A stretch of DNA of 64,000 nt, filler included, from Barthelona sp. PAP020 (Eukaryota), in NCBI GenBank assembly GCA_040182905.1. It is 18 parts of 18 records of this genome, joined end to end, with 100 filler letters (N's around TTAATTAATTAA, not from the genome) between each part and the next. Parts side by side here need not be neighbours in the genome. Positions count along the whole stretch, not along the records: positions 32,829 to 36,331 come from JARQWU010000738.1; positions 36,432 to 39,913 come from JARQWU010000739.1; positions 40,014 to 43,487 come from JARQWU010000740.1; positions 43,588 to 47,060 come from JARQWU010000741.1; 14 more parts are not named here. The stretch is one strand, 5' to 3'. Within the stretch, counting starts at the first letter, position 1. Each line of letters opens with the position of its first letter. Below, piece after piece: positions 34,164 to 45,610 of the stretch. Position numbers and translations under genes: made by a program. The notes under the pieces are model-generated. The model did not search any database, was not told the DNA's origin, and was given only the letters and a program-made list of their open reading frames with translations.

Positions 34164-35867
34164 TTACGATACATTGTTTGCAGGATCTGAAACATGTGTT
34201 TCATGATTTATTTTGTTTTCTTTTTTTGTAATTTTTGGCTTCAAACCAATTTTAAAACCTGAAGGATCAAAGAAACAATAAATTATTGGAGCAAAAAGTC
34301 CCAAACCAAAAATCAAAATGCCATAATCAAACTTTAACAAGAACCCCATAATTACTTCACTGAAAGGTTGGGGACCATAGCTCCCCATATGTAATAAGTT
34401 CATTGTTTTGCCAAGCTTCTCAGTTTCAGTGATGTGTTGAATCCAAACGAGTAAATTGACATATACAATTCCATCAACAATTGCTGACAAACCAAACAAC
34501 ACAGCAATAATCCACCATTTTTCCAAAACAAAAACAAAAATCAATTGCATCACCGCGCTTATTACAATAGAAGCCAACAAACCAATACCAACAAATGGTT
34601 GGGTGAGTGGTGGAAAAACTGAAGCTAAAACAGCTCCAATAACCCTACATAATCCGTAACAAGCAACTATATAAGAATATGATGTGCTGTCTCTCCAAAC
34701 ATGTTTTCCATAAAAAGGCAAGGCAACAGAAAGAAGACCAAAGAAAAATAACCCAAAAGTTGCTTGAACAAAAACAGCAAACCTTAATGGAGCATTTTGA
34801 GACAAGATAGAGAATTGATCTTTTAATCGATCAAAAAGATTGCTATTATCTGTTGAAATATCTTGAGAATCTTTACTACTGTTATTGGTTGTTATATCAT
34901 CTCTGGTATCTTCTTTAATGTCTTTATCTTCCTCTTGAATGTCACTTTCAATAACTTCTCCATTATAAACGTCAATTTCATTAATATCATCATCATCATT
35001 GTCATCATTGTCATCATTGTCATCATTAATAACAATATTAGGCATTAAAACTGTCATTTCTTTATCATCCTTTGAAATAACATCAAATAACGAATTTTCC
35101 TCTGAATTTTCCTCCAAATTGCCTGAACTTTCAGTCTTTTCGAATTCATTCTTTTCAGATTCAGGCTTCTCATTTTCTTCCTCTTTTAATTCTTTTTCCT
35201 TTTGTTCTAATTCATAAGATTTTTTTAATCCTTCTATTTCATCCTTTGTTAACATATCCATAAAACTAACACATATAGCAGATAAACCAAAAGAAACAGC
35301 ATCAATAAAAAAACACCATATTAACATTGTGTAATCCTTTGAATCCACATTTTCTTCCTGTCCAATTAATAATGCTCCTATAATTGGACCAATTAAAGTG
35401 GCAAAGTACATCAAAACATTAATGATTGTATTGGATTGTTGGTAATTTTCCGGTGTTGCCAAACGAGGAACCATTGACGAAACAGCAGGCATAAATAATG
35501 CACTCATGATCCCATATACAAAAGCATACAAACACATAAGAGGTATTGTAACAATCCTCAAATACATGATATATGTTAAAGCAAATGTAAGAATAGAACG
35601 ACATCCATTTGAAACCACTATTGTTTTCCGTGGACCCCAATCATCGGCAATTGAACCTGCAATAGTCATCATAAATAATCGTGGAAATGACAAAAAACCC
35701 ATCACTAAAGATAAAGATAATGAATCATTCGATAATTTTAAAATTAACCAAGGCACTGCAAGCAAAGAAAGCATGTCACCAATGCTACTTATCGTTTCAC
35801 TGAAAATAAACACCAGAAAATTCCAATTCCACAGACTATCGAACTTTTTGATGTTGTTATCTGGCAT
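34164..35867 (-). CDS. MFS transporter (bacterial-type MFS_3/DHA3-like) with a long acidic central loop
   Basis: About 6+6 hydrophobic segments and motif A GSIADDWGPRK. Confidence 0.85.
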   Translation of the reverse strand: MPDNNIKKFDSLWNWNFLVFIFSETISSIGDMLSLLAVPWLILKLSNDSLSLSLVMGFLSFPRLFMMTIAGSIADDWGPRKTIVVSNGCRSILTFALTYIMYLRIVTIPLMCLYAFVYGIMSALFMPAVSSMVPRLATPENYQQSNTIINVLMYFATLIGPIIGALLIGQEENVDSKDYTMLIWCFFIDAVSFGLSAICVSFMDMLTKDEIEGLKKSYELEQKEKELKEEENEKPESEKNEFEKTESSGNLEENSEENSLFDVISKDDKEMTVLMPNIVINDDNDDNDDNDDDDINEIDVYNGEVIESDIQEEDKDIKEDTRDDITTNNSSKDSQDISTDNSNLFDRLKDQFSILSQNAPLRFAVFVQATFGLFFFGLLSVALPFYGKHVWRDSTSYSYIVACYGLCRVIGAVLASVFPPLTQPFVGIGLLASIVISAVMQLIFVFVLEKWWIIAVLFGLSAIVDGIVYVNLLVWIQHITETEKLGKTMNLLHMGSYGPQPFSEVIMGFLLKFDYGILIFGLGLFAPIIYCFFDPSGFKIGLKPKITKKENKINHETHVSDPANNVS

Positions 35868-36150
35868 CTAAATGGAATAAATAATTTTGATACAGTTCTT
35901 GATGGGGAAAACAATTGCTTCAATTTTTTCCATTTTTCTTTCAATGATTCTCATCATTAAAGATGATAGATTGTTCACTTCAGTACTTTTTGAACAAATA
36001 TTTCGAAAAAAAATTGAAAAAATGTGAATTTCCATCTAAGATAGCCAACTCATAAGTCTTTTCTTATAAATTGCAAACAAAACAAAAATCCATGAAATAT
36101 TCGAATAGCAAAACAAAAAAAATCGGTTCTACATTTATTGGAAACTTTGA

Positions 36151-36330
36151 TTATTGCACTTCAACAGTTTCTTCAATTTCGGGATATTCAGGTCTAAACA
36201 TTTTGGTTAATTTCAATACACACGTTTTAGATAAAATCTGCTTGACAAAATCACTAACCAAAGGATCAGCTTCTGTTACAAGACTCATTGCTTCTTCTTT
36301 ATCCAATATAACGTCTTTCTCTCCTCTGTT
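36151..36330 (-). CDS. 3' fragment of an unknown protein
   Basis: NRGEKDVILDKEEAMSLVTEADPLVSDF...EETVEVQ*, open from the linker. Confidence 0.45.
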   Translation of the reverse strand, partial: NRGEKDVILDKEEAMSLVTEADPLVSDFVKQILSKTCVLKLTKMFRPEYPEIEETVEVQ

Positions 36331-36582
36331 TNNNNNNNNNNNNNNNNNNNNNNNNNNNNNNNNNNNNNNNNNNNNTTAATTAATTAANNNNNNNNNNNNN
36401 NNNNNNNNNNNNNNNNNNNNNNNNNNNNNNNTCATGAATATTAAAAAAATTATACCCTCTGTATCCTCTTAAAGATTGAATTAATCTTTTAATTTGAAAT
36501 TTCTTAATGTTTTCCTCTTGGTCAGACATTCTTTAAAAAAAAATTGATTAAGGATTTTATTTTTTTTTCTGACACACCTTTG

Positions 36583-37515
36583 ATGGTATTTGATTCTTTC
36601 AAGGTTGAGTCGATTGTTAGTCAACCCTACAATTATACTGTTCAAAGTGGAGGAAAACACTTCAGAAAGTTTTTATTGCAATCATTGAATGAATGGTTGT
36701 TGGTTGATACAGGAAAATTAGATGTTATTGAGGACATTATAGACTTATTACACAACAGTTCTTTAATGATTGATGATATTGAAGATAATGCAAGAGTTCG
36801 ACGAAAAAAGTTACCTGCTTTTAAGAAATTTGGAATTGCAAGTACGATTAATTCAGCAAATTTCAAATATTTTGAAGCTTTGAACAAATGCACAATTTTA
36901 GGAATGGAATCTGTGAGCATAATGATAGAAGAATGTCTAGAATTGCACAAAGGTCAAGGATATGAGATATATTTTCGTGATAATAATATCGTTCCTTCTT
37001 TTGAGGACTACAAATACATTGTAGATAATAAAACAACTGGTTTATTTCGATTAGCTTGTCGTTTATTGCAAAAGAATTCAACCACATCTGTTGATCTTAT
37101 TCCTCTCATAGATAAATTAGGATATTACTTTCAAATTAGAGATGATTTACTAAATTTAATCTCACCTGTGTTTAATTATAGTTTTGAAGTTGAAAATAAG
37201 CAAATTGACATTTTTTGTGAAGACTTTACGGAAGGTAAGTATAGTTATGTTGTCTTAAAGGCATTTGAAGTGTTGTCGGATGATCAAAAAACTGAGTTGA
37301 ACAATATCATTCAAAGCAAAACCACAAATAAAAATATAAAACAAATAGCATATGATTTAATCAAAAATTCAAATGTTTTCAAACTTGTTTTTGATGATTT
37401 GATTTTACTTTTTGAAGAAATTACAATTTCTATTGATTCTTATGGGAATAATAAATGTTTGAAATCATTATTACACAAATTGCATGATAATTTGCAATCT
37501 TTGATTCCATTTTAG
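36583..37515 (+). CDS. GGPS1: Geranylgeranyl diphosphate synthase (GGPS1/BTS1 type)
   Basis: GGKHFR, LHNSSLMIDDIED, LHKGQG, KTTGLF, FQIRDD and EDFTEGK. Confidence 0.92.
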   Translation: MVFDSFKVESIVSQPYNYTVQSGGKHFRKFLLQSLNEWLLVDTGKLDVIEDIIDLLHNSSLMIDDIEDNARVRRKKLPAFKKFGIASTINSANFKYFEALNKCTILGMESVSIMIEECLELHKGQGYEIYFRDNNIVPSFEDYKYIVDNKTTGLFRLACRLLQKNSTTSVDLIPLIDKLGYYFQIRDDLLNLISPVFNYSFEVENKQIDIFCEDFTEGKYSYVVLKAFEVLSDDQKTELNNIIQSKTTNKNIKQIAYDLIKNSNVFKLVFDDLILLFEEITISIDSYGNNKCLKSLLHKLHDNLQSLIPF

Positions 37516-37812
37516 GTTATTTTTGACATTTTCTTTTGATCAATTTATTTAATGTTCGATTTTTGTTTTATTTTAATAAATAGTATTTTTTTACATGTAA
37601 TTTTTCTTCAAAATTCTATTTTTTTTGTTTTTTTGATTGAAATGCAAAATATTTTTAATTTTATTTTTTGCCGGCTTTTTCTCATTTTTAAAATCAATGA
37701 TTTATTTAATTTTCTTATAATACATAAATAATCAATTAATTATCACCAATATTTATTGGTAATTGAAACAAACGAATGTAGCTATTTTGTTAACTTACTT
37801 TTTTGTTCTTCT

Positions 37813-39913
37813 ATGTGTCCAAAAATCAATGTAGGAGTGAGAATTCGACCATTATCTAATTATGAATTGAATGAAAATCATAAGTTTGCCTTAAATGTAC
37901 ATGAAAATTCTGTTGTTATTAAAAACTCAATTGAATTTAATAAAAAGAATATTCCAACCAGTAAACATTCAAATAAATTAGATTTTGATAAAAAATTTAC
38001 ATTTGATCAAATATTTGGACCGACTATGACTAATTCACAGATATATCAAAAAGCTGTTTCCGCCATTATTGATGAAGCAGTAGAAGGATATCATGGTACT
38101 ATTTTTACGTATGGTCAGACATCTAGTGGTAAAACCTATACACTTATTGGTGATGATGAGGATGCAGGTATGTTATTATTGTCAGTTGATCATTTATTTA
38201 GAGTGATAAGAAGTTGTGAACATCGAAGTTTTGATATTAAAGTGTCTTATTTGGATGTGTCTGAAGAGAAAATGATAGATTTATTAAAACCGTCTAATAT
38301 GTTAATATCTAGAGAAAAAGAAGGTGTTGATGTATTTTTAGAGGGTATTAAGACTGTTGAGATTGAAGATCCATCTGATATCATGACCATTCTAAATTTT
38401 GGAGAAATCCAACGTAAAACCCATGTTGAAGATAGTGATGATTTTTTCCAATCACACACGATATTTTCCATCTATATTTTATCTAAGGAAGTATTAGGAG
38501 AAGGTCAAGATCGATTTGAACTTATTCGAGAGGCAACTTTGAGTTTTGTTGATCTGGCTGGATCAAATAGCTCTTCACAAAAAAAACACACTGATAATTC
38601 ATATAAATTTGAAAGTTTTAATATAAACAGTTCATTTTTATGTCTTGGAAATATAATACAAGAACTGATTCAAAGAAGACTTTCAAAACTTTCAAAACAT
38701 TCAAAACTTACAAAACTCACAAAACATATCAGCGATGAAGATTCTAATCTCGTGAAAATTTTACGAAACGTGTTGTGCAATGATTCCAATCTTCTTCTTC
38801 TTTGTTGTGTCATCCCTTCAATTTCTTGTATTGAAGAAACTATATCTACGATGAACTTTGCAATGAAAGCCTTCAATTTCGTTGGTAGATTTAGTGACAA
38901 AAATGAAGAGAATAATAGTGCAATAGTTCGATTAAAAAGTGAATTATTTGGATATAAGCAGGAAAATGGTCTTTTACAAGATGAATTAAGGGATCTCAGA
39001 TTAAAGAGTGTTGAACAACAGGAATTAATAAATAAATATTTTGAGTTTGGAGGAATTGAACAAATTCAAGACAATAAAAGGTTTGTTGAAGCAAACAAAA
39101 TTTCGATTGGTAAACTTGAGCATTGGGAAAGGCAATTGAAAGCCAAAGAGTCTTCTCTTCACAGTTATCAAGAGGAGTTAATTGAAACTCGAAATCAATT
39201 TGTTTTGATAAAGGAGGAGAAGATTCTATTAAAAAGGCAATTGGATGCAAGAGATGCTCAGATTGAAGAGTTGACACAAGAGTTGATAAATTTGCAAGAA
39301 TCATATTTTGAGGCAAAAGGAAAAATTTCAACTCAATCAGCAGATTTTGATAAATTGAAAAGATCTCACGATCAACTGAAAGTTCAAAATCGATTTTTAG
39401 AACAAGAGCTTGATGAAGAGATTGACTATCATGCTAAAACAAAAGAAGAATTGAAAATTGAACAAAAAAACCAAAATTATCAGCCAGAAACATTTGATCA
39501 TGAAATTGAAAGAAAAAGGGCTATTTCATCAAAAGAGCGTTCTGTTGCTCAAATTGAATTCCTTGCTGATGAAGTTGACATTGAAATTGAGGCAAATGAG
39601 ATGTTGGTTGCTGAAAATATGTTATTAAATCAAAAATTGAAACAAGAGTTGAATAAACACAATCTATTTCAAGAATTTCATCAACAAAAAATGAATATTC
39701 ATCAAAGAGAATTGGATGAAGCGAAGGCAAGGTATTTTTTTGAACTAAATGATGAAAGGCACAGACATAAGCAAGAAGCTGAGAATCTCAACAATAAGTT
39801 GGATTTAGCAAGAACCAAGTTTGATAAATTAAAGAAACAAACTGATGCTCAAATGAATTTCCTCTCTAATGAAGTTGAAAGAGAAATTGAAAACAATGAA
39901 CGTTTGACTTCTC
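37813..39913 (+). CDS. Kinesin (CENP-E/kinesin-7-like) with degenerate switch motifs, 3' truncated
   Basis: VGVRIRP, FTFDQIF, YGQTSSGKT and FVDLAGS, followed by a coiled-coil stalk. Confidence 0.88.
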
Positions 39914-40013
39914 NNNNNNNNNNNNNNNNNNNNNNNNNNNNNNNNNNNNNNNNNNNNTTAATTAATTAANNNNNNNNNNNNNNNNNNNNNNNNNNNNNNN
40001 NNNNNNNNNNNNN

Positions 40014-41578
40014 ACACGTAACTTTTCTAATGTATTCAAACCAATACAAGTTTGAAAGGTTGAAGATTGAGAAAAATTAACAATTTCTAAGTTTTCAAAC
40101 TTTGTTAAATCAACGTGGAACAACTCCATTTTTGGACAATTAAGTACTTTTAAACCCATGCAAAAATCATGACTTCTCACTTGTTTATGCCCTAATATCA
40201 GTATTTTAGTAATATCCCATGCTTTCAAGACCAAAGCCTCTTGTTGTAAACGTAAATACTTCTGATAGACTATGATCCTATCAGCTGCAGAAATGGGTTG
40301 ATTATCTATGGATCTTAACCCATTATAACGATTGGTACCCTTTAAATTCCTTGTATAAAAGACTAATGCCAGTCTATATTCAGGATTATTGAAAGGATTT
40401 CCTCCAATCATGACATCTAGCAAATCAGTACAAAAGGCTAAGACTTCCAGTGTCGAAGTATCTGAAATTCTATTAAAACTGATGTTCAATTGCTTTAAGG
40501 CCTGACATGCTTCTAAACCTTGTCCAACCAACGTATTTATACAATTATGACTGATATCCAACCTTACTAAAGCATTAAAACAGGCTAAATATAGCTTCTC
40601 CAACTTACAATTCCTTAAAGACAATGATTGGATGGTTGAAGGGTTCCATTGAATCATCTTTGCTACCAGAGGCAAGGAACAGATTATTTTATCCCAGTAA
40701 ATGTACATCTTATCACTAGCATTCAGTTTTCGATACTTAAATATAGAATTCATTCTCATTTCAGGTGTAATCAATACACCATTAAAAAAATTAATGTTGG
40801 GACAAATTGCAAGGCATCTTTCAAAAAAAAATTGAGTATTCACCACAGCATTGCCCCTGATTTCAATATACTCCAAAAATTGATTGTCACATAAAAACTG
40901 ACTGAATATCTTGAAATTGTTCACATTATTCATATACAAATCTAAATAACGAAGTTGATTGAATTTAAACCTCGATAAATCAGAAATCCCACATTGTTGC
41001 AAAATGAGAATCGCTGCGTTTGAACATTTAAGAATGGTTTGATAAGCCATATTATCCATTCCATGAACATCGTTTTGAGGATTAAACACAACCAATTCAA
41101 TGTTCTCCAATCTAGAAGGATTTAATGAAGCATTTTCAATTTGCTGATATCCGCACAGCTTATTTTCATTTGCAATGTTTTTTTCAGTCTTTAAAGGTGG
41201 TAATTTTCCATGAAACTTCAAAGGAACATAATTGACATGCTGAATTTTTCCTCTTTTTGACTGATATTCAGTTTCATCAAAATCTTCTGCAAATATACCT
41301 TCAGATGATTCTTCAAAATCAGGATTCTTAACACTTTCCATGGCGTTTTCTAGATTAAACATTTTTCCTGTTTTCCATCCAATCGAATACGTTTGAACTA
41401 TCGTATCAGTTTCAGGTGTAATGGCATCATTTAAAGATTTTAATATAGGTGTATATTTTGGGGCTTGTGTAATATTTCGTGTCACTTCATTTTGTGATAT
41501 TCGCTTTCGTCGTGTATCCATCGACTCAACTTCAGTAGTTGCATTAGGATGTACAAAGTTTTGGTGTCGTGGTTGCAT
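40014..41578 (-). CDS. Leucine-rich repeat protein, 3' truncated
   Basis: LxxLxLxxN repeats (LRYLDLYMN, LVRLDISHN, LKQLNISFN). Confidence 0.85.
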
Positions 41579-41978
41579 TTTAATAAAAGTAAAGTTAAAA
41601 CTATATTTAGTCTCTTTTAATTTCCATTTTTAGTTTTCTTTTAATGAAATCACACACCTTTATCATATGTTTTATAGATAAATTAAAACAATTGAGATTG
41701 TAAATTTGTGGTATCAAACTGTCTGAAGAGAAAATTAATTTTTCTTCATAATTTCTGTCATTTGGTTGCTGACAAAAAGAATCAATTTGTGATTAAACCC
41801 AAAATTAAGGATATATATTAATTAACCTTCTCTTTTTTTTGTTATTCAATCTTGCTTATGATTAAATTGAAACATTAACAACTATTTTTTATTGTAAATT
41901 ATCAAAAACTTGAAAAGAAAAGAAGTAATATGCCTCTTTTATCATCCTTTTTCCTAATCTGTTTTTTACAATCAAATC

Positions 41979-42986
41979 ATGGGATGTTTTTGTTCAAACG
42001 ATGATGATGAAAATTTTGAAATTATTGTTAATTTTCTTTTGAAAGAAAAATTAATAACGAATGAGCTTTTACAAATATTTCCAACGAAAACTGGACTTAT
42101 TGCATATATAACAACATTAGCTTTTTCATCTAAGAGTATTAGACAAGGAATTAGTCACCTTTCTCCATCAGAAAAGAATAGTTTTGTAGAAATATTTTCT
42201 ATTGCGCTTTCTGAAGTTGAATTTGTGGAACATGGCAGAAAATGTACACAATCAAATGAAGTGCTTTCACAAAAATCTGCTAATGTTTCTCCACAAGAAA
42301 CTCCAAAGAATAACATAGTCATGATAATTCCTGGGGTTGATGATAATAATAAAATATATTTAAAAACTCCCTCTCGTGACAGAGATTTATATGATGATTC
42401 TAACGCTTCAACTGATGAAGACTTGGTTGCTGTTTCACCAAAAGTAGATTTTTCACTAAACGAATCAATTGATAATGTATCAAGTAACAAACCAGAAGAT
42501 GTGAGCAGAAATATAGTTCAAGCTAAAACAGTTGAAGAAACTTCTAATGATTCTCATGACAAATCAGAAGAAGAAGAAGAGGTATCACACATTGAAGTTA
42601 TTGAAGCTATGGTGTCAGATGAAGAGAAAATGAATGCTTGTGAGAAACATGAACTTGCTGAAAAAATGAAAGAATGTTGTGTTGATATGGTAGAATCAAC
42701 GTCTGTTTTTGAGGAAGCAAAGTCAATTGAGATTAATGAAAGTATCATGTCTGTAAATAACGATGATAATGGGACAATTAACAATGTGAGATCACAAAAC
42801 AAGGACGATGAAGATGTACAAGTTTGTCAAGAAGACAATAAAGAGACACTTGAAAAGAATGAATCAGGTGTTACAAGTGTAGAAGAACCAAATGAAGCAC
42901 CTTCTCTTGATGAAATTGGAAAAAGATTGGAAAGAATTGGCACATTTATTGAAAAAACAAAAGGCAAGTCTTTAGAAGAAGAATGA
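41979..42986 (+). CDS. Acidic hypothetical protein with an N-terminal dual-acylation motif
   Basis: Starts MGCFCS (Gly2, Cys3/5, Ser6). Confidence 0.7.
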   Translation: MGCFCSNDDDENFEIIVNFLLKEKLITNELLQIFPTKTGLIAYITTLAFSSKSIRQGISHLSPSEKNSFVEIFSIALSEVEFVEHGRKCTQSNEVLSQKSANVSPQETPKNNIVMIIPGVDDNNKIYLKTPSRDRDLYDDSNASTDEDLVAVSPKVDFSLNESIDNVSSNKPEDVSRNIVQAKTVEETSNDSHDKSEEEEEVSHIEVIEAMVSDEEKMNACEKHELAEKMKECCVDMVESTSVFEEAKSIEINESIMSVNNDDNGTINNVRSQNKDDEDVQVCQEDNKETLEKNESGVTSVEEPNEAPSLDEIGKRLERIGTFIEKTKGKSLEEE

Positions 42987-43204
42987 AGCATGTATTTGAA
43001 CATCATCAGGAAATTAGAAATGCTGTTGAATAACATACATCTTTGTTGATTTGCTTTTTGTTTTGTAAACTTGTTCAAATATGTTTATTGTTACTTTTTC
43101 ATGCAAAAAAAAAATTAATTTAATGCCTTTCCTGGACACTTTTGTGAACTATCCGATTTCCAATTGAATAAAATGCATTACTTAAAAAAAAGCAAAATTA
43201 TGTT

Positions 43205-43288
43205 GCAATTGTAGTCAAGTGGTCTAAGACGGTGCGTTCAGGTCGCATTTCTCTTCGGGGAGCAGGGGTTCGAATCCCCTCAGTTGCA
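43205..43288 (+). tRNA. tRNA-Leu(CAG)
   Basis: Acceptor GCAATTG/CAGTTGC with A73, anticodon arm GTGCG-TTCAGGT-CGCAT, long variable arm, GTTCGAATC and an oligo-T terminator. Confidence 0.95.
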
Positions 43289-43316
43289 TTTTTCCATATT
43301 TTTTTTTTTTTTGTGG

Positions 43317-43487
43317 GGATCGAGTCTTACATTTCACTTTGGACGAAAGGGCAAAATTAAAGGCTTTAATTCACTCGACAAAATAATAAACATTTGATAA
43401 AAGCTTTTACTGTTCAAGGTTAGAGTTTGGGTTACTTGTCACTGGTCTGTTGTGCGTAGATTGGTTCAGAACTCTCCTGTCCAGAAT
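43317..43487 (+). repeat. tRNA-downstream modular repeat (family C)
   Basis: Shares gacgaaagggcaaaattaaaggctttaatt with the reverse complement of 50798-50860. Shares ttcactcgacaaaataa...ggttagagtttggg...ggttcagaac with 54437-54540. Confidence 0.8.
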
Positions 43488-43587
43488 NNNNNNNNNNNNN
43501 NNNNNNNNNNNNNNNNNNNNNNNNNNNNNNNTTAATTAATTAANNNNNNNNNNNNNNNNNNNNNNNNNNNNNNNNNNNNNNNNNNNN

Positions 43588-43767
43588 TTTCAAACAGCCA
43601 GGATTCAAATTCAAGCTTTCCCAACTACTCATTTCAATAACACACCGTATATAAAAGCTTTCGTATACCTTTTCTTGTACCTAACGTGAAATCATTTTCT
43701 GTTTTGCATCATGAATTGCTCTTCGTCTGAAGTGAATTGTTGAAATTCAAAACTCCAGACCCGATCC
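43588..43767 (-). repeat. tRNA-downstream modular repeat (family C)
   Basis: ttttcttgtacctaacgtgaaa is shared with 50865-50886, and atcattttctgttttgcatcatgaatt is the reverse complement of 54366-54392. Confidence 0.75.
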
Positions 43768-43796
43768 TCTTTCCGTGAAAAGGAAAAGAGAAAAGT

Positions 43797-43869
43797 CGCC
43801 CGCGAAGGGGCTCGAACCCTCGACCGACGGATTAAGAGTCCGTAGCTCTACCAACTGAGCTACGCGGGC
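43797..43869 (-). tRNA. tRNA-Lys(CTT)
   Basis: GCCCGCGTAGCTCAGTTGGTAGAGC...ACGGA-CTCTTAA-TCCGT...GGTTCGAGCCCC folds as a cloverleaf. Confidence 0.96.
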
Positions 43870-44182
43870 GATTGAAAGAAATGGATTTAGATTGTAGATA
43901 AGTATTGAAAACCAATCAAAAACAAACCAAAAGATTAGAAGTCAAAAAAATATTTAATCGAATTTAATTCAACAAAAAAATAATGCATTTATTAACTGTA
44001 AATAAAATAACTAAATTTAAATTTGAAGTACAATTAATTGACGTCATTCTCTTTTAAATAATTAATATTCAAAAAATCAATAGTCCATTTACGAAACATC
44101 TATTGAAGAAAGCAACTAAAAAAAATTCATTTCTTTAATTTTTAGTAATAAAAAATGTGCAGCTGTAGTTGTCTTGTTCAGT

Positions 44183-44340
44183 AAATATGAAAATTTTGGA
44201 AAAATTTTCCTTTCTAATTGTTTTGAATTCTTTTTGCTGAAACAAAATTTTAAGATTTAAACTTTACATTAGAAAATCTAAAGTATTTCAACACATCAAT
44301 CGGACTTCGAAAGCCATTAACCAAATAGACACATTCCCCT
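44183..44340 (+). repeat. Dispersed repeat family B copy
   Basis: tatgaaaattttggaaaaattttcc...tttaaactttac...agaaaatctaaagt is nearly identical to 51591-51745. Confidence 0.8.
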
Positions 44341-44564
44341 TTTGTTCATTTTTACACCCAGAGATCCTTGGCTTTGAAATAATGTAAGAGGAAGTTCAAT
44401 GTAAAGTTGATGCTCCTCAAATGAAACATTTCAAGAAATCTTTGGTCACAGAGATGGTGACTAACCTTTTATCAATGGTTAAAACAAAAACAAATAGACA
44501 ACGATTAATACAGAAAGAGAAAGCATGCATGCATTGAATGTAAAAATAAACTCATAATCATACT

Positions 44565-45260
44565 TTACCAATCATCATCATCACTCTCATCATCTTCAAT
44601 CTCATCATCAATATACTGATGCATATTGCCACCATTTCTTTCATTTATGTCGATTAAATCCCAACAATAGTCGATTGACATGTCGAAATCTCTTTGATTC
44701 ATAAATATTCCCGCCCTCACAAATTCACGAATGATGACACTGTCTGCCTTCATTGCTACCAGTGTTGACAAAAAATAGCCCTTATCCTTCACCAATTCAA
44801 TTAACTCAGATTCAGACAAGTGTTCAAATTTCAAATCAACAGGCTTGCCACTCTCCAATTGTTGCTTCAAATTGGGACAGCTCAAAATGCGGTATTTTTT
44901 GTTTCTTTTCCATTTCTCATTACTTGTATACAATCTGTCAAAAAATAACAATATATTCACACCATCTATACTTATTTCGGGACAATTCAGAAGCATTTTG
45001 GAAATATCAAGATGACTTTTTTGACAACCAATGAACAATGGAGTAGTGCCATTAAAAGAACATAAATTAACATTAGTTTCATGGTCTAAAAGAATTTTAG
45101 CAACATCAAAATGACCCTTGTAACAACTAATGAAAAATGGAGAAGTGTCATCCCTATTATTGTATAAATTAATATCAGCTCCATGATTTAGGAGTATTTT
45201 GGCAACATCAAGATGCCGTTTTTCACAACTAATATACAATGGAGAATATCCCTCATTCAT
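44565..45260 (-). CDS. Ankyrin-repeat protein with a C-terminal NGGN box
   Basis: Three ankyrin repeats (SPLYISCEKRHLDVAKILL), then CWDLIDINERNGGNMHQY and DDDDW. Confidence 0.88.
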   Translation of the reverse strand: MNEGYSPLYISCEKRHLDVAKILLNHGADINLYNNRDDTSPFFISCYKGHFDVAKILLDHETNVNLCSFNGTTPLFIGCQKSHLDISKMLLNCPEISIDGVNILLFFDRLYTSNEKWKRNKKYRILSCPNLKQQLESGKPVDLKFEHLSESELIELVKDKGYFLSTLVAMKADSVIIREFVRAGIFMNQRDFDMSIDYCWDLIDINERNGGNMHQYIDDEIEDDESDDDDW

Positions 45261-45610
45261 GTTTAAATTTTCACTTTAAAAAAATCAAAAGTGCCTCTCA
45301 GTCTGAAAATGATAGTATTTTCTCAAAGAACAAAGAAACTTCAAATCTGCGGTCTATAAACAGAATTTTAAGGTTGAATTGAGGTATTTTTGTCTTTTAT
45401 GAATACAAACAAAATTCAAAAAGTATTTATCAGTGTTTTTGTTTGAAAAACCCTTCCATTATTCTTAAAATCTAGATTGTGATCCATTAATTAACAATTC
45501 ATTCATTCAATGCGCATTTTATAACATTAAAACAACTTGTATTTGCTAAAAAGCAACAGAACTGAAAGCATATTGTTCAATTTTGAAATTGATTGTTTGA
45601 TGGGACAAAA

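Noticed and set aside
43205..43288. CUG codon reassignment via tRNA(CAG)
   Set aside because: The A73 discriminator and overall structure fit an ordinary tRNA-Leu. There is no evidence for Ser or Ala identity.
43205..43869. Apparent convergent tRNA-Leu/tRNA-Lys pair
   Set aside because: The two genes are on different contigs separated by a linker.
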